Positions 29,106 through 38,639 of a stretch of 64,000 nt of DNA are shown here, piece after piece. The position numbers and the translations under genes were made by a program. Source of the DNA: Pirellulales bacterium (GTDB lineage: Bacteria; Planctomycetota; Planctomycetia; Pirellulales; JBBDJB01). The notes under the pieces are model-generated. The model did no database searches, had not been told where the DNA came from, and was given only the letters and a program-made list of their open reading frames with translations. How positions within the stretch are numbered: position 1 is the first letter of the stretch; the number at the start of each line of letters is the position of its first letter. The stretch lies in NCBI GenBank assembly GCA_040880125.1, contig JBBDJB010000052.1:188281-252280 (forward strand), in the 5' to 3' direction.

Positions 29106-30890
29106 ATGCAAGATCATACTCGACGTTTTCGGACGCATCGCATTCTCCTGGCGTTGGCCCTGTGCATTCCTATCGCGACGGAATTGAAGGTTTTTGCAGA
29201 GGATCCGCCCGAGAGCAATCCGCCGCTGATAACTTCCTCCGATTGGCCTTGTTACAATCACGATGTCCTCGGTTGGCGATTTAACTCGGAGGAGTCGCAT
29301 CTATCGCCAGAGAACGCTGTCGAACTGGTGGAGAAGTGGCGGTTTCCCGCGGCAACGTCGCCTGAGAAGATCGGGGCCGTTCACGCGACGCCAAGCGTCG
29401 TGAACGGCTACGTCTACTTTGGCACCGCGACTTTTCCGGCTTGTTACAAACTGAAGCCCGACGGTACACTCGCCTGGGTCTATCACACGAGAACGGGCGA
29501 AGCTTCGACGACAGACCTGCCTGAGGGCGGATTCAACCGAATCGAAGCGGAGAACGGGATTCTTACCTCCGCCCTGGTCACTCAGACAGGCGTCTACTTC
29601 GGCGATACGGCTGGTGTGTTTTATGCGCTCGATCGCTCGACCGGCAAAGAGCTATGGAAAGTCGACACGCGCGCCGAAGGTTTTCCCGGACATCATTCGC
29701 TCAACATCTTTAACGGGTCGGCAATACTGGCCGACGGAAAGGTGATTGTCGGAGGCGGCGGCTACGAACATCCGTACCCGCTCGACCCGGAGTATCCATG
29801 CTGTACGGGCCGCGGATTTGTCGTCGCCTTCCATCCCGCGACCGGGGAAGTCCAATGGAAGTATGACGTAGGAGAGAAGCCCGAATGGTTTGCGGAGCCC
29901 GTCGCGATCGAAGACTCGAACGGGAAACACCTATTTAAATACGGTCCTTCCACAAGCTCCGTCTGGTCGACTCCCTCGTACGATTCGGAACGCAACACGA
30001 TCTTCTTCGGTACCGACGTTCACAACTCTCCCCGCCGGCCGACCGAAGAGGACCCCCGCTACCACACGAAGTACTCGGCCGCCGTGATTGGCGTCGATGT
30101 CCAGTCGGGGCGCGAGAAGTGGGTCACCCAACTCAATGAGGGTGACATTTTCAATATGAGCATGGCGGGATACGACCCGAATACGGGACGCTATAAGGAC
30201 TGCTCGATCGGCGATACGCCGAAAGTCCTTTCAATCGAGATCGACGGAAAACTGGAGAAGGTCGTCGGCGTCGGCTGTAAGAATGGCGGCTTCTATGTGC
30301 TCCACGCCAAGGACGGTGAGGTTCTCGCCAACACGCCCGTCTACGACGGACCACCGCAGTACCCGCTGGATCCCGAGCCGAGCCCGCGCATGATCGCCCC
30401 TCCGAGCCCCATCGGCGGAATCCAGACTGGCTGCGCGACGGATGGTAGAAACGTATTTACCAACGGCATCGACTGGCTGCTGCTCAATACGAAGGAGCCG
30501 GGCTTACCGCGAGGAGGGCGAGTCGTTTGCGTCTCCGCGAGCCTGGCCGACGAACGCTGGCGTCACGAACGGCCGCAGCTCCGCACGCTGGCAAACCTAT
30601 TCCAGAAGAGTGGCGACCCGGTGGGCGCCGGCATTGCGTTGGGCGGCGGACTCGCCTGTTTTACGACGACCGTCTCGGAGCAACTTGTCGTCCTTGATGC
30701 CGCTTCCGGAGCGACGCTCAAGCAGATTCCAATCGGTGCCGTCTGGAGCGGACCTTCGATTTCACGCGGCCGAATCTACGTGGGCACCGGCAGCATCCTG
30801 TTTTTCAAAAAGCAGATCACCGGCACCATCTACTCGTTCGGTACTCCCGGCGATGACGAGGTCACCCGCCTGGGCGCGGGAACCGAATAA
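29106..30890 (+). CDS. Secreted PQQ-like beta-propeller repeat protein
   Basis: WPCYNHDVLGWRFN...GYVYFGT...GVYFGDTAGVFYALDRSTGKELWK...RIYVGTG repeats. Signal peptide. Start uncertain (29034/29067/29106). Confidence 0.72.
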   Translation: MQDHTRRFRTHRILLALALCIPIATELKVFAEDPPESNPPLITSSDWPCYNHDVLGWRFNSEESHLSPENAVELVEKWRFPAATSPEKIGAVHATPSVVNGYVYFGTATFPACYKLKPDGTLAWVYHTRTGEASTTDLPEGGFNRIEAENGILTSALVTQTGVYFGDTAGVFYALDRSTGKELWKVDTRAEGFPGHHSLNIFNGSAILADGKVIVGGGGYEHPYPLDPEYPCCTGRGFVVAFHPATGEVQWKYDVGEKPEWFAEPVAIEDSNGKHLFKYGPSTSSVWSTPSYDSERNTIFFGTDVHNSPRRPTEEDPRYHTKYSAAVIGVDVQSGREKWVTQLNEGDIFNMSMAGYDPNTGRYKDCSIGDTPKVLSIEIDGKLEKVVGVGCKNGGFYVLHAKDGEVLANTPVYDGPPQYPLDPEPSPRMIAPPSPIGGIQTGCATDGRNVFTNGIDWLLLNTKEPGLPRGGRVVCVSASLADERWRHERPQLRTLANLFQKSGDPVGAGIALGGGLACFTTTVSEQLVVLDAASGATLKQIPIGAVWSGPSISRGRIYVGTGSILFFKKQITGTIYSFGTPGDDEVTRLGAGTE

Positions 30891-31047
30891 GTCACCGACG
30901 CCAAGATACGATTCAAGCATGCTTCCCGATATCGGGCCGATCTTCCAAGGATCCCTAAACGACGCCCAAAGTGATTTGGCTCGATTGCGGGGCGCAGACC
31001 GTAGGGTGAGCGTCCCTGTCGGATGAGGCGTTCGCTAAAAAAACCGC

Positions 31048-31896
31048 TCATGCGATCGGCTCGAATGGGTGCGTCGTTACCTTCTGGTCGTCGATCACCA
31101 GCAGTGTTGAAGGCGGAATCTCCTCCCAGTGATCGCTGATGTGGTCCAGTGGCTCGGACAGTACGACGATGGCGTCGTCCGGAATCTCGGCCCGTTGGCC
31201 GCCGACCTCTTTCAAGGCGGTGGTCGAACGATTGTGAAACAGTGTCGGCGCTCGGTCGCCGGAGCCGTAGCGCACGGCGAAGATCCGCTGGCCGTCCGAA
31301 ACCGCCACGGTCATCCGCAGCGGCGAGTCGCTGCCGGCCCCGCGGCCGACCGTCTCGACAAAGCCGGCCATCCGGGCCAGCGCCCGAGGTGGGTCGCGCA
31401 CCAGACCAAACGTCAGTGCCAGATAAAACATCCGCTCCGAATCGGTCGAACCTTCCATTCTCGCGTACAGGTCGGCATCGACGGCGAGGTCGATGTCCCG
31501 CTTCACGGCCGCGAAGTTCGTGATGCTGCCGTTGTGTTGGAAGAGCCACTTCTCGAAGCGGAACGGGTGGCAGTTGGTGCGCTGGATGGCCGTGCCGCTG
31601 GAGGCGCGGACGTGCGCGAGAAACAGGCTCGATTGCGTGTGTTGGGCCAGGCTGCGGAGGTTATGGTCGTTCCAGGCGGGCTGGATATCGCGATAGACGC
31701 CCGGTTCATCCTGGTCGTTGTACCAGCCCAGGCCAACGCCGTCGCCGTTCATGAAGAAGGCTGCCTGCGATTGATCGTCCATGCCAGTGTGCAGCCGCTG
31801 TGAACGGCGACTCTGGTCGATCAATGAATGCTCTGGCTTGAGCAACAGGCTATCCATGTAGATGGGCGAACCGGTATAGGCCAACCAACGGCACAT
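31048..31896 (-). CDS. Class II (Ntn) glutamine amidotransferase, YafJ/EgtC-like
   Basis: N-terminal MCRWLAYTG (Cys2 nucleophile)...GMDDQSQAAFFMNGDGVGLGWY. Start trimmed from 31992. Confidence 0.78.
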   Translation of the reverse strand: MCRWLAYTGSPIYMDSLLLKPEHSLIDQSRRSQRLHTGMDDQSQAAFFMNGDGVGLGWYNDQDEPGVYRDIQPAWNDHNLRSLAQHTQSSLFLAHVRASSGTAIQRTNCHPFRFEKWLFQHNGSITNFAAVKRDIDLAVDADLYARMEGSTDSERMFYLALTFGLVRDPPRALARMAGFVETVGRGAGSDSPLRMTVAVSDGQRIFAVRYGSGDRAPTLFHNRSTTALKEVGGQRAEIPDDAIVVLSEPLDHISDHWEEIPPSTLLVIDDQKVTTHPFEPIA

Positions 31897-32163
31897 TGCA
31901 GAGACTCCGAGGGAATGTAGTGCTGCCGACCACATGGCCGGATCGCGGCACCGCTCTATTTTCCCCCACCGGCGGCCCCTGGCAAAGGGCATTTGACTGG
32001 GAACCGCCGCAGACTCCGGGGCGGCCGACGGCGCGACGCCGGGCGAGGTGCCTGTTATACTGCGCCCGGGAGTGGAGCTTCAGCCGCGCCGGCTGGCGCA
32101 GTGCCAACGCAAGATTCGCTTCGGGCCGCGGTGTTCATCACTTTTTGCTGGTTCGGGGGGACG

Positions 32164-32598
32164 ATGTACTTCGAACGCGGCCGCGAGGTGCGGCTGCCGC
32201 TGGAGTACTCCGTGAGCTGCTCCCCGTTCGCACCTGCGACGTTGATTCAGCCGTGGTTCACTTGGGGACTTTTCGCGGTTTGGGTCGCAAGCATTTTTCT
32301 TGTCGTGCGACTGCGCGGCAGCGGCGCGCTTGCCCGATATTTTCTGTTTTCGGCCGTCGGCGTTGGCGCGATCGCCTGTGCGGTAGTGGCGATGTGGATG
32401 GATCGCTCGACCGGGATTGCATTAGAGGCGGCGCTCGTCGTGGTGCCGTTGTTATTGGTCGTGTGGGCCATTTACACGGGTGTGATGGTGGCGGCCTTCG
32501 TGCAACTGGCCGCCGTGTTCACCGAATGGGCCAACGGCTGTATCGGAAGAATCGGAAAGGGATCGCACGGGATCGCCGTGGGCCCGGAGCCGAAGTGA
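32164..32598 (+). CDS. Hypothetical small membrane protein (4 predicted TM)
   Basis: Hydrophobic segments WGLFAVWVASIFLVV, YFLFSAVGVGAIACAVVAMW and LVVVPLLLVVWAIYTGVMVAAFV. The upstream part of the ORF is Arg-rich. Confidence 0.4.
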   Translation: MYFERGREVRLPLEYSVSCSPFAPATLIQPWFTWGLFAVWVASIFLVVRLRGSGALARYFLFSAVGVGAIACAVVAMWMDRSTGIALEAALVVVPLLLVVWAIYTGVMVAAFVQLAAVFTEWANGCIGRIGKGSHGIAVGPEPK

Positions 32599-32623
32599 CT
32601 GGCTGAGCCACGCGTGCCGGACG

Positions 32624-34018
32624 CTAGTGCTGATCGTCGTCGCCCAGCTTCTCTTCGACTTTGTCGGCCTGCCAGGCGATGGAGGTCAAGATTCGGCTCA
32701 CGTCTAGCGGGTCGGCCGTTTCTGCCAGTTCGTTCGCCTGGATCACGACCATGTCGCCGGCGCCGAAGTCCTGCATCGCAAATGCCCCGTGGATCAGCCG
32801 CGTGTTGTACTTGAGCAGTTGCACGGCGATCTCCGGCCGGGCGGGCCCACACGTCGAAACGTACGTGATCAATGTTTGCCCTTCCTTGTCCTTCGTGCCG
32901 AAGCTGACCGTGACGTCCTGCTTGCGCAGCGCACCAACCGGCACGCTGACGTGCACCTGCTCGCCTTCATCACGCACTGTGTAGCCGGCGGAGTTTGCCA
33001 CCTGCAGCACCATGGCCTTGGGATCCTTGGTGACCGGCACCGCGTTCAGATCGTCGAAGGACAAATCGCCCACGGCCGCCGCACCACCGGCGGCGGTGGC
33101 CCCGACAACGCCCGGCGGATGGCTCGCCGGCGCGGCTTGACCGGCGGCGGCTTGCGGCTGACCCTGCTGGCCGGACATCGCCTGTTGGATCATGCCAGGC
33201 ATCATCATGCCGAATCCTGCGCCCATGCCCATGCCCATCCCGGCGGCACCGCCGCCCTCGCCACCGCCCTCGGCCATCTTCGACATGCTCTGGGCCGCTT
33301 GGAATTTCATGAACGCGTTCAGGTCGCCGACCGCGCCCATCGCACTGCGGGCGTCGATCGCCTTCTGCACTTCCTCGGGCGGAGTAATGGCGTTGATGAA
33401 GAAGTCGACCAGTTCCAGACCGTACTTGCCGAACTCCTCGGCGACCTTGGCCCGCGTGCCGGCGCCGACCTCATCGTATTTGGCCGGCAGGTCGAGCAGG
33501 CTGATGCCGAGCGAGCCGAGCAAGTCCGTCATCCGGGCGACGATCAGGTCCTTCAGGTAGGACGTCACCTCCTCGGTGGTGTACTTGCCCTGGGTGCCGA
33601 CCAGCGTGTTGAGCAAGAGCGGCGAGTCGATGATCCGAAATGAATACTTGCCGAAGCTGCGCAGGCGGACCATGCCGAACTGCGGATCGCGGAACGTGAT
33701 CGGCTGCCGCGTGCCCCACTTCTGGTCGATGAACGTCTGCTTGCCAAAGAAGTAGACCTGGGCCTGAAACGGCGAGCGCTCCCAGGGAATTGTGAGCAGC
33801 CGCGTAATCAGCGGCACGTTGGCGGTGGTGAGCGTATGCCGGCCGGGGCCGAAGTTGTCCAGCGCCTTGCCGTCGCGGAAGAAGACCGCCTCCTGGTTCT
33901 CCTGGACGATCAACTGCGCGCCCATCTTGATATCGGCGGAGCCTTCCTGCGGCACGCGATGGACGAGCGAGCGGTTGGTGTTGTCGAAAAACTGCAAAAC
34001 TTCCAGGCGAATGGCCAT
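32624..34018 (-). CDS. SPFH/Band-7 domain protein with Gly/Met-rich linker and C-terminal YbjN-like (putative sensory-transduction-regulator-like) domain
   Basis: N-terminus [13 protein letters not shown]...SPFH core ...[14 protein letters not shown]. Linker [29 protein letters not shown]-terminal 150-aa domain. Start trimmed to MAIRLEV. Confidence 0.78.
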   Translation of the reverse strand: MAIRLEVLQFFDNTNRSLVHRVPQEGSADIKMGAQLIVQENQEAVFFRDGKALDNFGPGRHTLTTANVPLITRLLTIPWERSPFQAQVYFFGKQTFIDQKWGTRQPITFRDPQFGMVRLRSFGKYSFRIIDSPLLLNTLVGTQGKYTTEEVTSYLKDLIVARMTDLLGSLGISLLDLPAKYDEVGAGTRAKVAEEFGKYGLELVDFFINAITPPEEVQKAIDARSAMGAVGDLNAFMKFQAAQSMSKMAEGGGEGGGAAGMGMGMGAGFGMMMPGMIQQAMSGQQGQPQAAAGQAAPASHPPGVVGATAAGGAAAVGDLSFDDLNAVPVTKDPKAMVLQVANSAGYTVRDEGEQVHVSVPVGALRKQDVTVSFGTKDKEGQTLITYVSTCGPARPEIAVQLLKYNTRLIHGAFAMQDFGAGDMVVIQANELAETADPLDVSRILTSIAWQADKVEEKLGDDDQH

Positions 34019-34111
34019 GTTCTTACTTCCTCTGCGGTCGTCTAGCGTGCCGGCGCCCGGCAACCAAAAGTCGTCAAGCCGGCGACAGTCGATATAGTTC
34101 GCTTTCGTGGT

Positions 34112-34621
34112 CTAGTCCAAGCCCTTGAGAATATCTTCGCGGCGATCCCAGGCATCTTCCACGTGCTCGACGCGGTCGAGCAGCGGTCGGATCACCTCGT
34201 CGCCGGCGGTCGACTTGTCGCGCAGCGCTTCGACCTGATCGGCCAATTGGGCGACGCTCTCCATTACGGCCACGTCGTGCTCGTAGACCTGATCGAGCTG
34301 CGGCTCGCCGATCTGCACAAGATCGAAGAAACCACTGTAGCCCTGCATAGCCCCGCGGATGCGGGAAATGAGCCGGTCCAAACGCGAGCGAAGTTGCTCG
34401 ACCTGCGGCAGATCGTCGATCTGGCCGGACTCCGCCAGGCGGCGCGAAAAGTCGTCCAGTCCCCGCTTGCTGCGCTGCAGCCGATCGGCCAGCCACTCGC
34501 GCTGCAGCTCGTCGCTCTCGCGGCGGTATTCCTTCTCCAGGTATCCACGAAAGCCCGGGATGTGGCGGAGGACGGTTTCGATCGTCCCGCGGCTCTGGGC
34601 GTGGCGTTTTGGCTCGGGCAT
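34112..34621 (-). CDS. Hypothetical charged/coiled-coil protein immediately upstream of the SPFH gene
   Basis: 169-aa ORF with helical charged composition. The alternative overlapping frame is Arg-rich junk. Confidence 0.45.
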   Translation of the reverse strand: MPEPKRHAQSRGTIETVLRHIPGFRGYLEKEYRRESDELQREWLADRLQRSKRGLDDFSRRLAESGQIDDLPQVEQLRSRLDRLISRIRGAMQGYSGFFDLVQIGEPQLDQVYEHDVAVMESVAQLADQVEALRDKSTAGDEVIRPLLDRVEHVEDAWDRREDILKGLD

Positions 34622-35064
34622 GGAGGAGTTCTCCCGCTGGCGAAAAGTAGCAATGTGACACCTACGCCTGAGATTCGTGCGTGGGCGGCAAATCTTGGAG
34701 CGTCACCCCGCCTGGGCGAGGGATGGACGCAGATTAGACAGCATCATAACGCAGCGCCCGGTCAAAGAAACCCACGCCCGTTAAATCGAGCAGAGACGGC
34801 AGCTTACGATCGTCGGGACCGGCGGTTTGGGCCAGCGCCGAGGCGTGTGGATTCGAACGGAGAAAACGGGGTGGCTGCGAGAATTGGGCACTCTGCAGCC
34901 CGAATCGCGAGACGACATTTTTTGGAAGGCCAGCGTCTACTCGGCATGGCTGGCGCTTGCCGGCTTTGCTATAGTCCGCCCCCGGCGCGCTGCGGACGGC
35001 CTTGGCCGGACGAGCTGCGCGCACCTTACTCTTCCTACGACCCGCACAAAGGTCGAGCTTGAGC

Positions 35065-35778
35065 ATGGCTTTTCGCAATCTGCCGTATGGGACGGCATGG
35101 ACGATCTTGCTGCTTGCCATTTCCGGCTGCGCCAACGGTCCGCCCTTCAGTCCGGTGAATTGGGCGTCGCTGCCGTCCTTGTGGGCAGACGATGAGGTGA
35201 AGTTGTCGCTGGTCACCCCGTCCGAGCGCGTGGCGGAGTTGCAGGCAACCTCAGAAAACGCGGCGGGCCTGGACGATCAGGCGAAGGTTCGACTGGTGGC
35301 AGAATTGGCCGGCCAACTGCCCAATGAAGCCGATCCGCTGGTGCGGGAGCAGATCGTTCGCACGTTGGCGGCGCTTTCGATGCCGCAGAGCATCTCGGCG
35401 CTGCGGATGGCGCTTGGCGACTCCGCTCCCACGGTGCGTGTGGCCGCCTGTAACGCTTTAGGCAAACTGCCCGCCCCGGAGGCACAAGCCGCCCTGCTGG
35501 AGGCCCTGGGCAGCGACACGGACATCGACGTTCGCCTGGCCGCTGCCGATGCCTTGAAAAACTTCCCCGACCGGCAGACGGTCGATGGTTTGGCCATGGC
35601 GCTGGACGACCGCGATCCGGCCCTGCAATATCGCGCGATGCAGACGCTGCGCGAGGTGACCGGGCAGCCGCTGGGGAACAGCGTGACGGCCTGGCGTCAG
35701 TACGTGCGGGGGGAGAATGTCGCGCCTGCCCAGCCGGCATCGGTGGCGCAGCGTTTGCGCGATCTGGCGCCGTTCTAG
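35065..35778 (+). CDS. HEAT-repeat lipoprotein
   Basis: Lipobox LLLAISGC. Repeats of ...VR.AAA.ALG......LL.AL.D.D..VR..A..AL.... Confidence 0.65.
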   Translation: MAFRNLPYGTAWTILLLAISGCANGPPFSPVNWASLPSLWADDEVKLSLVTPSERVAELQATSENAAGLDDQAKVRLVAELAGQLPNEADPLVREQIVRTLAALSMPQSISALRMALGDSAPTVRVAACNALGKLPAPEAQAALLEALGSDTDIDVRLAAADALKNFPDRQTVDGLAMALDDRDPALQYRAMQTLREVTGQPLGNSVTAWRQYVRGENVAPAQPASVAQRLRDLAPF

Positions 35779-36267
35779 CGCCTGGTTTGCAGATTCTCGG
35801 CGTTTGCGTCTGGACCGTAGCGGATTTCGCGAGAATTCCGGCGCACTCGATTTCTCTGAGTTTGCGAATTCCGCTACGGAGTCTCATCCAACGCGTAGCT
35901 CTGGGCGGGGGGGGCTCCTTCCACCACGCGCACATTCGCTTCGCCCCCCCTTCGCGACCCTACGCGGGCTTCAGGCAAGCTGTGCAGCGTCTGACGATTT
36001 TGCGCGCTTCAGCGCGCTGCAGTAAAAGCGGCTGCGCGCCGGGTTGTAACGCTGAATATGTCTGGGCTTGTGCAGCGCGTGGACTGCGCGCGAGCGGGCC
36101 TGCATTCCCATAAATTTCAAATTGGCGCGGGCCGATATGAATGCTACCAGCATGCGGTCGTTGGCGGGTTTCTGCGCCGCCTCGCCGCCTTTCTTTCTTC
36201 GTGGTGTTTAGGGGTCGTGCCTACGACGCCGCAGCGTCCGCCGGCCCTATCAACGGGAGTTTTCACG

Positions 36268-37470
36268 ATGGCACGCCAGCCGAGTTCCGTCGCCTTGCTG
36301 TTTGCGTCCTTGGCCGCCTCGATCATTCCACTTGCCTCGCATGAGCCCGCCCGGGCGGTGATTCCGGATTTCGCACTGGCTTCCGCCGATCCGCAACTGG
36401 CGACGCTACCCGATCGGCTCGACGGCGTGTTGGAGCTGTACCAGGGCAAGATGCTCAACACCCAATCGCACGGCCCCTGGGAGATCATGCATGCGATCAT
36501 CGCCTACGGCGTCGACACGCAAATACGCATCGACGGGCCGTCGGGCGAGCCGGTCACGGCCATCGGATGGTTGTGCTTCAATCGGCCGGCCGCCGGACAG
36601 CGACTGCTTTACACGGGCCGACAGGGCGAACTGGCCGCCATGCGAGGGCCGGGTTTGCAAGGGCACGACGGGCAGTTCCTGGCAATCCTGGCCCAGTCCA
36701 AGGTCATGCCTGACTATCCGATCAAGGTCGGCGAGCGCGATTTCACTGTGGCCGATCTGGTGGAGTACGAACAGAAAACCTGCGTCGCCGGCACCGAGCT
36801 GACCTTCAAACTGATCGGCCTGTCGCACTACCTCGAGTCCGACGCCACCTGGACCAGCGAGAACGGCCAGCAGTGGTCGATCGAGCGGCTGATCCGCGAG
36901 GAGATCGCCCAGCCGATCCGCGGCGCCACCTGTGGCGGCACGCATCGCCTGATGGGCCTCAGCTACGCCATCCAGCGCCGCGTGCGCCAGGGGCTGCCCA
37001 TCACCGGCGAGTTCCGCCGCGCCGAGATCTACACCAGCGACTACCACAAGTACACCTTTAAGCAACAAAACTCCGACGGCAGCTTCAGCACCGCCTGGTT
37101 TAGCGGCCGCGGCAACGACGCCGATCTGGACACGCGTCTCCGCACCACCGGGCACATCCTGGAGTGGATGGCGTTCTCTCTGCCGAAAGACGGCTTGACC
37201 GATCCGCGCACCGTGCAAGCGGTGGAGTATCTGACCGGCCTGCTGCACGATAACAGCAGTCGCCGCTGGGAGATCGGACCCCTGGGACACGCATTGCACG
37301 CGCTGGCCCTCTATCGCGACCGGGCGCTTGACCGGGGCGGCCTTGATCGGCCATCGCGGAACCTGGCGTCGTACGAGGCCCAACGCACCGCCGCGAAGGA
37401 TGACGATGCCGGTGAGACGACCCCGCAGAACGTCAAGGGCTCGCGGGGTCCGGTTCTGATCCTCAAGTAG
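36268..37470 (+). CDS. Hypothetical secreted protein, possibly alpha/alpha-toroid (prenyltransferase/squalene-oxidase-repeat-like)
   Basis: Signal peptide MARQPSSVALLFASLAASIIPLASH. QxxDGSF/W-type motifs. Low certainty on fold. Confidence 0.5.
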   Translation: MARQPSSVALLFASLAASIIPLASHEPARAVIPDFALASADPQLATLPDRLDGVLELYQGKMLNTQSHGPWEIMHAIIAYGVDTQIRIDGPSGEPVTAIGWLCFNRPAAGQRLLYTGRQGELAAMRGPGLQGHDGQFLAILAQSKVMPDYPIKVGERDFTVADLVEYEQKTCVAGTELTFKLIGLSHYLESDATWTSENGQQWSIERLIREEIAQPIRGATCGGTHRLMGLSYAIQRRVRQGLPITGEFRRAEIYTSDYHKYTFKQQNSDGSFSTAWFSGRGNDADLDTRLRTTGHILEWMAFSLPKDGLTDPRTVQAVEYLTGLLHDNSSRRWEIGPLGHALHALALYRDRALDRGGLDRPSRNLASYEAQRTAAKDDDAGETTPQNVKGSRGPVLILK

Positions 37471-37515
37471 ACCACGGCCACGAAGCGGTACGTCGACTTT
37501 GCGCGACGCACGTTG

Positions 37516-37542
37516 CCGCGCCGGATCGTCTTTCCGGCGCGG
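37516..37542. terminator. GC-rich hairpin (CCGCGCCGG-9nt-CCGGCGCGG) between convergent genes; likely bidirectional terminator
   Basis: Perfect 9-bp inverted repeat 46 bp after the + gene stop and 48 bp after the - gene stop. A second palindrome (CTTCGAAG) lies at 37563-37581. Confidence 0.45.
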
Positions 37543-37589
37543 CGGCGTGTCTTTCTAAAGATGTCTCCTTCGAAGACACTGCCCGCAGA

Positions 37590-38414
37590 TCAAAGGCTGA
37601 GCGGAAACAGCCGCTGGCGGTCGGCGTCGGTCAGTGCGGCGGCGTATTCGCTAATCTCGAACGCTTCCGCATATTGGATGGCCGCGCCGCGCTCTTGTCC
37701 GTAGGCGGCGATCAGGGTTTCACGAAATCGCTCGGCCCGCTCGCCGGTCTGGCGCTCCCACCAGGTGCGCAGCCACGCCATCCGCTGGTCGTCCTCTTGC
37801 GGAACCTCGTCGAAAATCCCCTGGTTGTAGGGCAACCATTCGAACACCTGCGTCTGGTGGCAGGCCATCATCCGCACCACCGTGTCGACAAACGGCGTCA
37901 CGTCGAGCACCGCGTCGGGTCGAAGCGGATTGGGTTTGGTGAACAGGTCCGGCAGGTAGCCCACCACCGGATCGCGACGCAGGGCCGGCACCTCCGGCAC
38001 GAGCAGCGGCACCGTTACCAGATACGACGCGTCCTGCACCAACTGGCCTACGGCACGGTGATCGGGATGGTAGTCGTTCAGGCGGTGCGTCAGCACCAGG
38101 TCGGGCTCGAACGTGCGAATCTCGCGGATGACGCGGCGGCGGGCTTCCAGCGTCGGCTGCAGCGCTCCGTCGGGAAATTCCCACACCTCGTACTCAGCGC
38201 CGATCACTCGTCCCGACGCGGCAGCCTCCTCGATCCGCAGGCTGGCCAGTTCCTCGGGCGGGCGCCAATGATGGCCGGCGGCGCCATTGCTCACCGAGAC
38301 CATCTTCACCGTGGAACCACGCTGGCAGTGCAGCGCGGCAAACCCGCCGGCATGGTATTCCGCGTCGTCGGGATGCGCTCCAAGAATCAAGATGCGCGGC
38401 GGTGGCTGTGACAT
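37590..38414 (-). CDS. PIG-L/LmbE-family N-acetylglucosaminyl deacetylase
   Basis: ILILGAHPDDAEYHAGG...HPDH motifs. Confidence 0.85.
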   Translation of the reverse strand: MSQPPPRILILGAHPDDAEYHAGGFAALHCQRGSTVKMVSVSNGAAGHHWRPPEELASLRIEEAAASGRVIGAEYEVWEFPDGALQPTLEARRRVIREIRTFEPDLVLTHRLNDYHPDHRAVGQLVQDASYLVTVPLLVPEVPALRRDPVVGYLPDLFTKPNPLRPDAVLDVTPFVDTVVRMMACHQTQVFEWLPYNQGIFDEVPQEDDQRMAWLRTWWERQTGERAERFRETLIAAYGQERGAAIQYAEAFEISEYAAALTDADRQRLFPLSL

Positions 38415-38639
38415 CGTCCGGCTTGATCGAGCGAAGTGAAACTTGAATGAACGAGTACCCGCGGATGGGTGTTGGTTCAGCAGCCTGTTGATTTTTGAGG
38501 GCAGGCTGCTGCATCACACGGAAGTGATGCCAAAATGACGACGTAAGTCGTTATTTTGCGAGCCGTGAGGAGCTTTACTCCGAACTTGGCGAGGTTGAAA
38601 ACCGCCACGACGGCGTTTTTCAACAGGCTGTTAGACCCG

